From a virus (taxonomy: Duplodnaviria; Caudoviricetes), in IMG/VR virus record IMGVR_UViG_3300014059_000011, positions 3,004 through 67,003 of that record: a stretch of DNA of 64,000 nt, one strand, 5' to 3'. Below the pieces are notes generated by a model. That model was not told the origin of the DNA. It worked only from the letters and a program-made list of their open reading frames with translations, and ran no database searches. How positions within the stretch are numbered: the first letter of the stretch is position 1; every line of letters starts with the position of its first letter. Below are positions 1-7,379 of this stretch, in pieces. The position numbers and the translations under genes are program-made.

Positions 1-558
1 ATTAAGCTTGGTCTGATCATCAAACTTCATGTTGAACATCTTACCGGCCGAATACATATACGTACCGATATCAACATGGGCAGGAGCATCATGCGAGAGA
101 AGAACATCAACCTTGCCACCATCAATAGCAAGCTTAACGTCATCCTCAGTGATCATCTCAGTAGGCCACCAACTCTTACCCTCAATCCTGCGATCCTTGT
201 CAACAGAATAAGCACCACCGACACTCAGAAAGCTGACACCATTCCAAGTCCATCGGTGCCCACGGGGCGAATAGAGAATGTTATCTCTTACGATAACAAA
301 CCCCTCATCGTCGGTATCGGTGTACCTCTCCCAAAGAAGAGGATGATTCTCATGATTTCCATCAAGGAAATAACAAGTCAACCCCTCATACCTAAGCATA
401 CGAGAAAGCTTATGAAGATACCTGTCATCCATATGCTCCCAATAACCAAAGTCACCAAGAACAAAGATTCTCTTAACAGGAACCTTGATGGCCTGACCGA
501 TAAGGTACTGCCAATGCATCAATTGTCCGTGCGTGTCACCAGCTAACATTAGCTTCAT
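1..558 (-). CDS. Calcineurin-like metallophosphoesterase (3' end runs off the window)
   Basis: Manually translated; not in the ORF track. MKLMLAGDTHG...LGDFG...FLDGNHENH...LSHDAP. Frame stays open to position 1. Confidence 0.85.
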   Translation of the reverse strand, partial: MKLMLAGDTHGQLMHWQYLIGQAIKVPVKRIFVLGDFGYWEHMDDRYLHKLSRMLRYEGLTCYFLDGNHENHPLLWERYTDTDDEGFVIVRDNILYSPRGHRWTWNGVSFLSVGGAYSVDKDRRIEGKSWWPTEMITEDDVKLAIDGGKVDVLLSHDAPAHVDIGTYMYSAGKMFNMKFDDQTKLN

Positions 559-581
559 GATTGCCTGTACCTTTCCTTTCT

Positions 582-794
582 CTAAATTACGATAAGCCTA
601 TCTGGCTTGACTGTCTTTGTTGCCTTTTGCCAGCCGTGCAATCTTTCATCATCAGGAAGAACCTGAGCTGTCTTTTGCGTTACACTAACAATAGTGCCAT
701 GTGTCAAATACGTGCCACCATTGCTGGTTCTCTTGTACATGAATACAACTCGGCAGCCAGGTTTGATTTCTTTCTGGTTGATGTCGTATAACAT
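582..794 (-). CDS. Hypothetical protein (small beta-barrel-like)
   Basis: 70-aa ORF co-oriented and closely packed with neighbours. Confidence 0.6.
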   Translation of the reverse strand: MLYDINQKEIKPGCRVVFMYKRTSNGGTYLTHGTIVSVTQKTAQVLPDDERLHGWQKATKTVKPDRLIVI

Positions 795-796
795 AA

Positions 797-958
797 TCAG
801 CCCGTAAAGTTTGGCTCCTGCACAATCACAGGAGTTGCCGGGATGGGATAATCCGGACCATATTGTGCATTTGCATCACTAGCTCTTGAGACAGTGATTA
901 AAAACAACCCTAGCGCAATCAATAGCGCTGCCAAAAGATACCTTGTACTTGTTCTCAT
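797..958 (-). CDS. Small secreted/membrane protein ending in ...EPNFTG
   Basis: Manual translation: MRTSTRYLLAALLIALGLFLITVSRASDANAQYGPDYPIPATPVIVQEPNFTG. Signal-peptide-like N-terminus, upstream AAGG. Confidence 0.55.
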   Translation of the reverse strand: MRTSTRYLLAALLIALGLFLITVSRASDANAQYGPDYPIPATPVIVQEPNFTG

Positions 959-981
959 AACCTTACCTTTCTTTTATCAAG

Positions 982-1018
982 TGCCCGCCCTGGGATTCGA
1001 ACCCAAACTGTAGGGATT
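982..1018 (-). pseudogene. 3' half of a split tRNA-Leu(UAA)
   Basis: AATCCCT ACAGT TTGGG TTCGAAT CCCAG GGCGGGC A = anticodon 3' strand, T-arm and acceptor 3' strand. Begins directly after the CCA of the intact tRNA-Leu. Confidence 0.75.
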
Positions 1019-1100
1019 TGGTGCGGGCGACAGGAGTCGAACCTGCATGCCGAAGCAAATGGGCTTAAACCATTCGTGTCTACCGTTTCACCACGCCCGC
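1019..1100 (-). tRNA. trnL: tRNA-Leu(TAA), long variable arm, CCA encoded
   Basis: GCGGGCG/CGCCCGC acceptor; AATGG-TTTAAGC-CCATT anticodon arm; TGC-TTCG-GCA variable arm; GGTTCGACTCC T-loop; ACCA end. Confidence 0.95.
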
Positions 1101-1568
1101 TCGATTTATATTTTTTCCTCTATATGTTTCTGTTTGTGCATGACAGTTAGGACATAAAAGACATAAGTTGTCAATCCTATTATCATTGTTTATTCCGTTG
1201 ATATGCTCTAATTCAAGAGCTATATCTTGTCCATTCCAAGTTGTTAACTTGCATTTTGAGCAACGCTTCTCAAAAATTTCATGCTTTAATAGCAAGTTTT
1301 TTAACTTGTAACTGCCTATTTTGCTTCCGTTAGTAAGCCACTCATCAAGCGAACGCCCCCTTTTTCCTTGTGGATAAGTTTTATTTTTGCTCCATCCTTG
1401 ACCAAGGAAATGATCAGTGTCTAGGCCGCAATCAATTATTGCTTGCTTAATTGTTTTGTAGTTTCCACCTGCCGGAACAAGATTCAACTTCCTCAACACT
1501 TGAGCTATTGACTGCGACCCAGACACTGCTTCTTCTAAATCACTTTCTGTCCATCGTTTTTTAGTCAT
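1080..1568 (-). CDS. HNH homing endonuclease
   Basis: CSKC...LELEHINGINNDNRIDNLCLLCPNCHA. Stop codon lies inside the 5' end of the tRNA-Leu. Leaderless -10 TATACT at 1575-1580. Confidence 0.9.
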   Translation of the reverse strand: MTKKRWTESDLEEAVSGSQSIAQVLRKLNLVPAGGNYKTIKQAIIDCGLDTDHFLGQGWSKNKTYPQGKRGRSLDEWLTNGSKIGSYKLKNLLLKHEIFEKRCSKCKLTTWNGQDIALELEHINGINNDNRIDNLCLLCPNCHAQTETYRGKNINRAGVVKR

Positions 1569-1590
1569 AACAATAGTATACCAGAAAGCG

Positions 1591-1631
1591 TTTTAAAAGT
1601 CCCCTCTCTCTACCAATTGGAGTACACGGGC
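1591..1631 (-). pseudogene. 5' half of a split tRNA-Leu(UAA)
   Basis: GCCCGTG TA CTCCAATTGGTAGAGAG A GGGGA CT TT TAAAA = acceptor 5' strand, D-arm and anticodon 5' strand, then non-tRNA sequence. Confidence 0.75.
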
Positions 1632-1663
1632 AATCCTTCTAGTCTATCAGACTATAGAACCAA

Positions 1664-1915
1664 TCAATTGTCCTTTAGAACCTCTAGCAGATCAAGATAC
1701 AATCTGTTTGATGTCTCGTAACTCTTAGAGAATTTAATAATCTCATCCCTAAATGGATGAATACTTGCCGTCTTTCCCAAGTCATTCATGCTGGCGATGG
1801 TTCTACCATAAAGATTGTATGGACCATACGCAGCCATCAAAAGGAGAATCATCTCTTCTCGATTAAGAGTAACGGTATACTCAATTTCCCTACTTGTCTT
1901 ATCAATTAGTCTCAT
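1664..1915 (-). CDS. Hypothetical protein
   Basis: 83-aa ORF in a packed minus-strand run. Confidence 0.65.
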   Translation of the reverse strand: MRLIDKTSREIEYTVTLNREEMILLLMAAYGPYNLYGRTIASMNDLGKTASIHPFRDEIIKFSKSYETSNRLYLDLLEVLKDN

Positions 1916-1918
1916 TAC

Positions 1919-2206
1919 TTAACCTCTCAACTCTGAAACATTAACACCATTAACAATGGTGTATCCAGCATCCTCAACAACATCAAGAATTTCGTCGGGA
2001 ATCTCATCCTCATTCATGAAGTTGACAACCTCAATCTCAAACGAGACAGTGAATCTCGGAGGTGAGACATAACCGTTCTGAACGAGGAACCTTTCAACAT
2101 CTTCCTCATCGAAATCAGGATAGGCACGAAGCTCACTGATAAACTTATTCTTAACCTCCCTAACACGCTTGACTAGAGCTACCTTGTGATCGTATTCGCT
2201 AATCAT
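1919..2206 (-). CDS. Hypothetical protein
   Basis: Start reassigned to MISEYDHK after AGGAG; acidic phage-type ORF. Confidence 0.65.
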   Translation of the reverse strand: MISEYDHKVALVKRVREVKNKFISELRAYPDFDEEDVERFLVQNGYVSPPRFTVSFEIEVVNFMNEDEIPDEILDVVEDAGYTIVNGVNVSELRG

Positions 2207-2207
2207 T

Positions 2208-2423
2208 TCATCTCCTAAAAGTAGTTTCTCTATGATGCTTCTTGTCATGCTCATCGTGCCATCTGTTCCAGAAATATCCAAACGGCTTTGCCAGAGCAAG
2301 ACCAATAACAATATCTGTCGTCAACTCAAACAACCAGTGTGCGGGGTCTTTGAGAAGAGAGATATACTCACTAATCCAAGGTCCGCCTTCACTTGCAATT
2401 ACATGAATCATCCGTACACCCAT
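2208..2423 (-). CDS. Hypothetical protein with a hydrophobic segment
   Basis: LLKDPAHWLFEL plus one hydrophobic stretch and a His-rich tail. Confidence 0.55.
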   Translation of the reverse strand: MGVRMIHVIASEGGPWISEYISLLKDPAHWLFELTTDIVIGLALAKPFGYFWNRWHDEHDKKHHRETTFRR

Positions 2424-2785
2424 TCTCCAAAGACAGCAAACTGAATCATACCGTCAGCATCATCAGCATCATAATCACCGGTGTCAGGATCAAAATACTT
2501 TGCGGGAGTCGTACCCCTGAGATTGCAGAACATCTTGATACCGTTAAGAAGACCGGGGAGCGTTAGGGCAACCCTGTTACCATCCTCGGCCTCTTCAAGA
2601 AGAAGGATACCGTTATTAGGAATCACATCATATGTAGAAGCAATAGGATCACAATCACCATAATCCTCAACGGAAGCTGCACTACACCAATAGTTGATAC
2701 CTCCCTCAAAAGCGGTGATGATAAGATCACGGATATTCTCATCCGTAAGCTGGAACTTATAGGTCAATTCAATTTCATGAGTCAT
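2408..2785 (-). CDS. Hypothetical phage protein
   Basis: 125 aa, AFEGGINYW...DADDADGMIQFAVFGEWVYG pattern. Confidence 0.7.
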   Translation of the reverse strand: MTHEIELTYKFQLTDENIRDLIITAFEGGINYWCSAASVEDYGDCDPIASTYDVIPNNGILLLEEAEDGNRVALTLPGLLNGIKMFCNLRGTTPAKYFDPDTGDYDADDADGMIQFAVFGEWVYG

Positions 2786-2969
2786 CAGATCAACCCCGCA
2801 TATTCGAACTTAGTAAGATATTCAATCATCTTTTTAGCTGTCTCCTTATTGTCTTTAATTAAACCCATTGCACGATTGCATGAGCCACAGAGCAGTCCCC
2901 GAATGCACATTCCGCAGGATTTTCTTCCAGAACAGCAAGCGTGGTCATGATCAACATGAAGATCATATG
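2785..2969 (-). pseudogene. 5'-truncated endonuclease VII remnant
   Basis: Manual translation: LHVDHDHACCSGRKSCGMCIRGLLCGSCNRAMGLIKDN...*. No in-frame start before an upstream TGA. Confidence 0.8.
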
Positions 2970-3230
2970 TTAAATCATATTGAGGTATTCGAAATCTTCG
3001 ATCATTGCAGCAGCACCATCAATGTCATCGCCAAGCATATCGTAGAGAGCGTTAAGCTTCATACCACGATCAGCATCAATAACATTGTTGCAGGACCAAC
3101 CGAGTGCAGCACAACCATTCTTGCGGAAAGCTGCACTTACCTCGTCAAACGTCTTGTTCTGCTCATCTGCAACGTCATGAAACTCATAAACGTCTACTCC
3201 TTCGTTGCACTTTTTACAGTAGATATCCAT
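2970..3230 (-). CDS. Small CxxC protein (N-terminus encoded within the EndoVII 3' end)
   Basis: MDIYCKKCNEGVDVYEFHD...; overlaps the EndoVII gene by 37 nt. Confidence 0.75.
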   Translation of the reverse strand: MDIYCKKCNEGVDVYEFHDVADEQNKTFDEVSAAFRKNGCAALGWSCNNVIDADRGMKLNALYDMLGDDIDGAAAMIEDFEYLNMI

Positions 3231-3664
3231 TGAATCGCTCTTTCCAGTAGGTGAATATCATCATTTAAATGACCGATTGCAACATTGCAATTGTGGCATA
3301 ATAGCCCACGCACTACGCCAGTTGAATGATCATGATCAACAAACGCTTCTCGTTTGGTTTTTCCGTTAATTTCAGTGTTGAGCTTTTTGTCACAAATGCC
3401 ACAACAAGAATTTTGTCTTGCAACAATTTTCTCATAATCATCTTCAGATAGACCATAAGTCCTTTTCATATGAGAAAACGCCACTGAGCGTCTTACTTTT
3501 TCTCTACGCTCAGGTCTAGCTTCATATCTTGCTTTTTCATATAAGCCCTTGCATGGCTTACATATGTAATATGGGCGATACCCAACCTTGTCTCCCCAAG
3601 TTTTTTTGATCCTTGGAAAATCATCTATAGGTTTTTCAATTTCACAATGAGCACATTTCTTCAT
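3194..3664 (-). CDS. Endonuclease VII-family (homing-type) endonuclease
   Basis: N-terminal CxxC/CxxC; CGIC...VDHDHSTGVVRGLLCHNCNVAIG. Leaderless TG-a-TACAAT at 3671-3676. Confidence 0.9.
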   Translation of the reverse strand: MKKCAHCEIEKPIDDFPRIKKTWGDKVGYRPYYICKPCKGLYEKARYEARPERREKVRRSVAFSHMKRTYGLSEDDYEKIVARQNSCCGICDKKLNTEINGKTKREAFVDHDHSTGVVRGLLCHNCNVAIGHLNDDIHLLERAIQWISTVKSATKE

Positions 3665-3687
3665 GTGCTCATTGTATCATGAAAATC

Positions 3688-3747
3688 TTAACTTAGCAAG
3701 GCTCTTTCATCAACAGGTTCGTTACACTTGCTACAGTATACGTCCAT
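3688..3747 (-). pseudogene. Orphaned original N-terminus of the CxxC gene (MDVYCSKCNEPVDERALLS*)
   Basis: GGGAG RBS plus ATG; 10 of the first 13 residues are identical to the start of 2970..3230. Confidence 0.75.
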
Positions 3748-3757
3748 AATGAACTCC

Positions 3758-4255
3758 CTAAACTAGTGGCTCAAGGCCGGGATCGGTTACACGAATAACA
3801 AACAGACCAAGCGATTCCCACATCTTGATTACTTGCTCCCTGTCATCAACAACAAAGCTTACATCAAATGGTCCGTTGATGTTATTGATATGAGCATCAT
3901 AAAGCTCTCGCTTTACAACATCATCAGCCCGATAATCACCACTCTGTCGCATCAGAAGAGAAAATGAAATTGGGGTCTTTGGATTGTCATCCATGAAGGG
4001 ATCAATCACATGATCAAAAAGCCAGTCAGTAGTTTCCTTCCTGAAATCATTTGATCTGCCAGAAGTGAAGAAAACGACATGATCCTCCATCCAGGCATTC
4101 CATACGATATCTCTAACCCCCGGAACAACACGATCATAGACCATGTTGAAGTTAAAATTCTTCCAATCCTTCTTCTTGCCGGTTACAAAATGACGTCGAT
4201 GCTCACAAGAAGTGAGCGTTCCATCAAGATCAACAATGATTGCTCTAGGATTCAT
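3758..4255 (-). CDS. HAD phosphatase, PseT/Pnkp 3'-phosphatase-like (stand-alone domain)
   Basis: IVDLDGTL, FTSGR, VVDDR..V..MW motifs. Confidence 0.85.
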   Translation of the reverse strand: MNPRAIIVDLDGTLTSCEHRRHFVTGKKKDWKNFNFNMVYDRVVPGVRDIVWNAWMEDHVVFFTSGRSNDFRKETTDWLFDHVIDPFMDDNPKTPISFSLLMRQSGDYRADDVVKRELYDAHINNINGPFDVSFVVDDREQVIKMWESLGLFVIRVTDPGLEPLV

Positions 4256-4460
4256 TCTCTTCCTTCTCTAGAATTGGATAGTTGTCAATAACAGTCTTCC
4301 ATTGTTCAAGAACACGACCCCACTCATCAAGAAGCCTCTTCTTCTTAAAGAGCCTCCACCACGGAGCAACTTCAAACTTTCGCCTTGCTACAATGGCTTC
4401 TCTCTCTGCTGCATCCATACTAGCAATCCATCGCTTCACTTTAATCTCGTTAATGGTCAT
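4245..4460 (-). CDS. Hypothetical protein
   Basis: 71-aa ORF overlapping both neighbours. Confidence 0.6.
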   Translation of the reverse strand: MTINEIKVKRWIASMDAAEREAIVARRKFEVAPWWRLFKKKRLLDEWGRVLEQWKTVIDNYPILEKEENES

Positions 4461-5178
4461 CTTTCACTCCCTCTGTAGTAGGCTTAAGCCACATATCCCT
4501 GAAAATAGCAACCACCATCTTAGGTGAGCAGTAATGATTCAGATACCACAAAGTATATGCAGTATCAGAAGCAAAGCACTTTTCCATTTCAACCCTGCGA
4601 CGATCAACAGAAAGCTCGCCCATCTTCTCAACAAAATGATCATCAGTCATTGTTGCGATAATCTCAGGATCAATGAAAAAGCCCTTGGTGATAGAAAATC
4701 GAATAGCCCTCAGAATTCTCAGAGTGTCCTCATTGAATCTATCCTCAGCATTACCGACGGTACGCAAGATATTTCTTGCAAGATCATCCCTTCCGCCAAA
4801 AAGATCAATAACTTCATCAATTGATCCACCGGCAGGGATAGCCATTGCATTCACCGTAAAGTCACGGCGAGAAAGATCATCAAAAAGAGAACCGGGAGTC
4901 ACATCTTCTGGTCTACGACCATCAACGTACTCACCATCCTTTCGGCACATAACGAAATCCGTGGCCATCTTTTTGATTCCGGTAATCTCACCAGTGATAT
5001 CAAGAGCACGAATTGTAAGATACTCAGGAGTCTCTACGAAAATCTTACCACCACGCTCAACGATGGCATCACGCATCTCATCGAAAGAATCACACTCAAC
5101 TGCGTAATCGTAATCCTTGACCGGAAGACCAAGAAGCATGTCACGAACAGCCCCACCAACAAGATAAAAGTTAGCCAT
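4450..5178 (-). CDS. tRNA nucleotidyltransferase (CCA-adding)/poly(A) polymerase family
   Basis: YLVGGAVRD, KDYDY, DLSRRDFTVNAMA, EDTLRILRAIRF. Confidence 0.92.
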   Translation of the reverse strand: MANFYLVGGAVRDMLLGLPVKDYDYAVECDSFDEMRDAIVERGGKIFVETPEYLTIRALDITGEITGIKKMATDFVMCRKDGEYVDGRRPEDVTPGSLFDDLSRRDFTVNAMAIPAGGSIDEVIDLFGGRDDLARNILRTVGNAEDRFNEDTLRILRAIRFSITKGFFIDPEIIATMTDDHFVEKMGELSVDRRRVEMEKCFASDTAYTLWYLNHYCSPKMVVAIFRDMWLKPTTEGVKDDH

Positions 5179-5398
5179 TCTTCAATACCCTCAACATTTC
5201 CTGCGTAGTATTTCTGTGACAATAAATGATAATGCCACCATCGTCTTCGCTCACAATTCCAACAAGTTCATCATTGATGGCCCACTTCAAAAGATCAAAA
5301 ATGTTATCACCATCAAGCTCAAGCTCCCAAAAATTATCTTCTTCGTCAGCCATTTGTGCTCCTAACAACAATACAGGTATACGGATCGGGATCATCAA
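5171..5398 (-). CDS. Hypothetical protein
   Basis: Acidic 75-aa ORF, coupled overlaps; start uncertain. Confidence 0.55.
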   Translation of the reverse strand: MMIPIRIPVLLLGAQMADEEDNFWELELDGDNIFDLLKWAINDELVGIVSEDDGGIIIYCHRNTTQEMLRVLKNG

Positions 5399-5666
5399 AA
5401 GCAGTCATAGCCTCAAAGAGAACACAATCAGCATTCTCAGGGCCATCGGCATTTAGATCAATAACAATCGGGGTGTCGTCGGAATAGTTCGAAAGAAATT
5501 CAATTACTTCACCGACACGAAGAGTCATCTTTACATTTCCATGAGGATCAGGAATCCTGATAAAAGAGTCACCATGTCGCTCAACAGAATAGAAACCATG
5601 AATCTGATCAAATGGATAACGATCATCCTTGCGAGGAATCCAAGCACTCTCGTCAATGTCTAGCAT
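5346..5666 (-). CDS. Hypothetical protein
   Basis: 106-aa acidic ORF. Confidence 0.6.
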   Translation of the reverse strand: MLDIDESAWIPRKDDRYPFDQIHGFYSVERHGDSFIRIPDPHGNVKMTLRVGEVIEFLSNYSDDTPIVIDLNADGPENADCVLFEAMTAFDDPDPYTCIVVRSTNG

Positions 5667-5697
5667 TGTTATCTCTTTCTGGTTGTCTTATATTAAG

Positions 5698-5767
5698 CCC
5701 CCTACCGAGGAGTCGAACCTCGCACTTCAACGTTAGAAGCGTCGAATGGGCATCCGGCCCGTAGGGG
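5698..5767 (-). tRNA. trnR: tRNA-Arg(TCT), short D-arm, no encoded CCA
   Basis: CCCCTAC/GTAGGGG acceptor; CGACG-CTTCTAA-CGTTG; CGAGG-TTCGACT-CCTCG. Confidence 0.85.
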
Positions 5768-5780
5768 AAAACTATATTTG

Positions 5781-5852
5781 TGACGCATAGGAGAATCGAA
5801 CTCCTATCTAAAGCTTGAGAAGCTCTTGTGTTAACCGTTACACCAATGCGCC
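5781..5852 (-). tRNA. trnE: tRNA-Glu(CTC), no encoded CCA
   Basis: GGCGCAT/ATGCGTC; AGAGC-TTCTCAA-GCTTT; AGGAG-TTCGATT-CTCCT. Confidence 0.92.
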
Positions 5853-6066
5853 GAAACCACCCCCCGAAATATTGTATCCAAGTCTTTCTTTCAGGGATGC
5901 CAGGTTGACAAATGTCATTTCATTGGACCCGGCTTGTATTCGATTTTTATTGCTTAGAAAGCTTTACGATGGCCCTTTTCAAAGCTTCACGCTCAGCCAA
6001 TGATCTAAAGAAATAGATTGGGTCTTTTCTTTCTTCCCATTCAATTATGCTACGACGGCAAGTTAT

Positions 6067-6140
6067 TGGCAGGGCATACGGGTTTCGATCCCGTGACTTG
6101 AGGGTGAAAACCTCAGATGTTCCCATTACACCAATGCCCC
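6067..6140 (-). tRNA. trnE: tRNA-Glu(TTC), CCA encoded
   Basis: GGGGCAT/ATGCCCT; TGAGG-TTTTCAC-CCTCA; ACGGG-ATCGAAA-CCCGT; GCCA end. Confidence 0.92.
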
Positions 6141-6208
6141 TTGATTGCTTACTTGCTACTTTTGTTTCCAAAAGTCTCTGTTTGCGGCCTTGTACTTCAA
6201 TTATATCA

Positions 6209-6391
6209 TCAGTCGGCGGGAGTCACACCATTACGCATGTCCTTCTGCCTCTGATATTCAACACCCTGCCAAAACCAGTTGCCCAACCCCCAAGGAATAT
6301 GAGGAATCGGAGGATCATATTCTGTATGGCCCCATCTCTGCCCGCAAATCTCATTACCATCTTTATCAAATTCATATGCACAAATTGCCAT
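6209..6391 (-). CDS. Hypothetical protein
   Basis: Start reassigned to MAICAYEF after GGAGAG. Confidence 0.55.
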   Translation of the reverse strand: MAICAYEFDKDGNEICGQRWGHTEYDPPIPHIPWGLGNWFWQGVEYQRQKDMRNGVTPAD

Positions 6392-6392
6392 C

Positions 6393-6695
6393 TTACTCTC
6401 CAATCTCCCAAATCCAATCCCTAGCAGACTCAAAAGTGGCAAACTCACCCAAATGAGTGCCATCGGCGGTGCGAATGTCAACCTCATCATCATACATTAG
6501 GACAGCTTCACGAACAGTAAAGCGCTTCGGAAGGTTAGTATCACCACAATCATAATCGGCGGTAATGAAATACCTTCCGTTGTAGACCTCATCGAACACC
6601 TCAGTTCCAAAGAAGATCATTTCATCTTCTCCGAACCAAGTGTTGCCTTCACGCTCACACTGTTCTTTGATTTCATCAATAGAATTGAACCACAT
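6393..6695 (-). CDS. Hypothetical phage protein
   Basis: MWFNSIDEIK...WF....M.FF...YFIT pattern typical of small phage proteins. Confidence 0.7.
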   Translation of the reverse strand: MWFNSIDEIKEQCEREGNTWFGEDEMIFFGTEVFDEVYNGRYFITADYDCGDTNLPKRFTVREAVLMYDDEVDIRTADGTHLGEFATFESARDWIWEIGE

Positions 6696-7000
6696 TAGGC
6701 ACCCCATCCACAACTAGTTTGTCCACAACTGCAAACATCTCCATCTAAAAAGTGAATTGCAGATTCGTCAAAATAAAAGCTACGATCATCTCCAACCATG
6801 ATGCATTCGAAAGGGCCATCATTGCTTTCGACCCATTCGCCACTGTCGTAATCATAGTCAACATATTCTTCTCCATCTTCATCATAGAAAATAAACTCAC
6901 TTGGCTCCCAAATCTTCTCTCGACCGTAGATTCGCCACGCCACACCATCATAACCATCAACAGTAACAAGCTGTCCCGACTGGAACATCAAATTCTCCAA
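6695..7000 (-). CDS. Hypothetical protein
   Basis: Acidic ORF with C-terminal CSCGQTSC. Confidence 0.65.
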   Translation of the reverse strand: MENLMFQSGQLVTVDGYDGVAWRIYGREKIWEPSEFIFYDEDGEEYVDYDYDSGEWVESNDGPFECIMVGDDRSFYFDESAIHFLDGDVCSCGQTSCGWGA

Positions 7001-7377
7001 TCCTCAGTTGAATCCTCATGCTCAGTGCCACAAACAGGACATTCCCACCACTCATAGTTGTAATCGTATTGAGTGTCTACATCACCCTCGAAAGGACAAT
7101 CTCCATAAACAAAGAGAGTCTGATCGGCGGCTGCCAGAAGCAGATGATAGATGTTCCTGGCACGATAGTTTGAAAGCGTAACCTTTGAGGAATAATCTCG
7201 ACCCTTAACAGCATCAAAATCAATCTCGTTGAGAAGTTCCTTTGCTCTATCTGAAACCCAGGGATCAGCAATATTCAGAGGAACACCTTCGGCCCCGCAA
7301 ACCTTCTTGACAGTTCGCTCAGGATAACCAGCAATCTGAAACTCATTGCCGGTAACGCCAGCCGGATAGTTAGACAT
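6988..7377 (-). CDS. Hypothetical protein
   Basis: MSNYPAGVTG start, C-terminal WECPVCG. Confidence 0.7.
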   Translation of the reverse strand: MSNYPAGVTGNEFQIAGYPERTVKKVCGAEGVPLNIADPWVSDRAKELLNEIDFDAVKGRDYSSKVTLSNYRARNIYHLLLAAADQTLFVYGDCPFEGDVDTQYDYNYEWWECPVCGTEHEDSTEDWRI

Positions 7378-7379
7378 CG

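Noticed and set aside
76-546. Plus-strand 156-aa ORF and the other plus-strand ORFs before 59700 (e.g. 8113, 8647, 26885, 58267)
   Set aside because: They are antisense shadows of motif-bearing minus-strand genes and have no recognisable motifs or RBS.
1019-1598. Group I intron in tRNA-Leu(UAA), as in cyanobacteria
   Set aside because: The insert ends in ...ACC(A) rather than the terminal G, no P7-like core was recognised, and it consists of a promoter, an ORF and a full tRNA.
5853-6066. tmRNA
   Set aside because: It lacks the tRNA-Ala-like 5' GGGG...TTCGAC and 3' T-arm/CCA ends and is too short.
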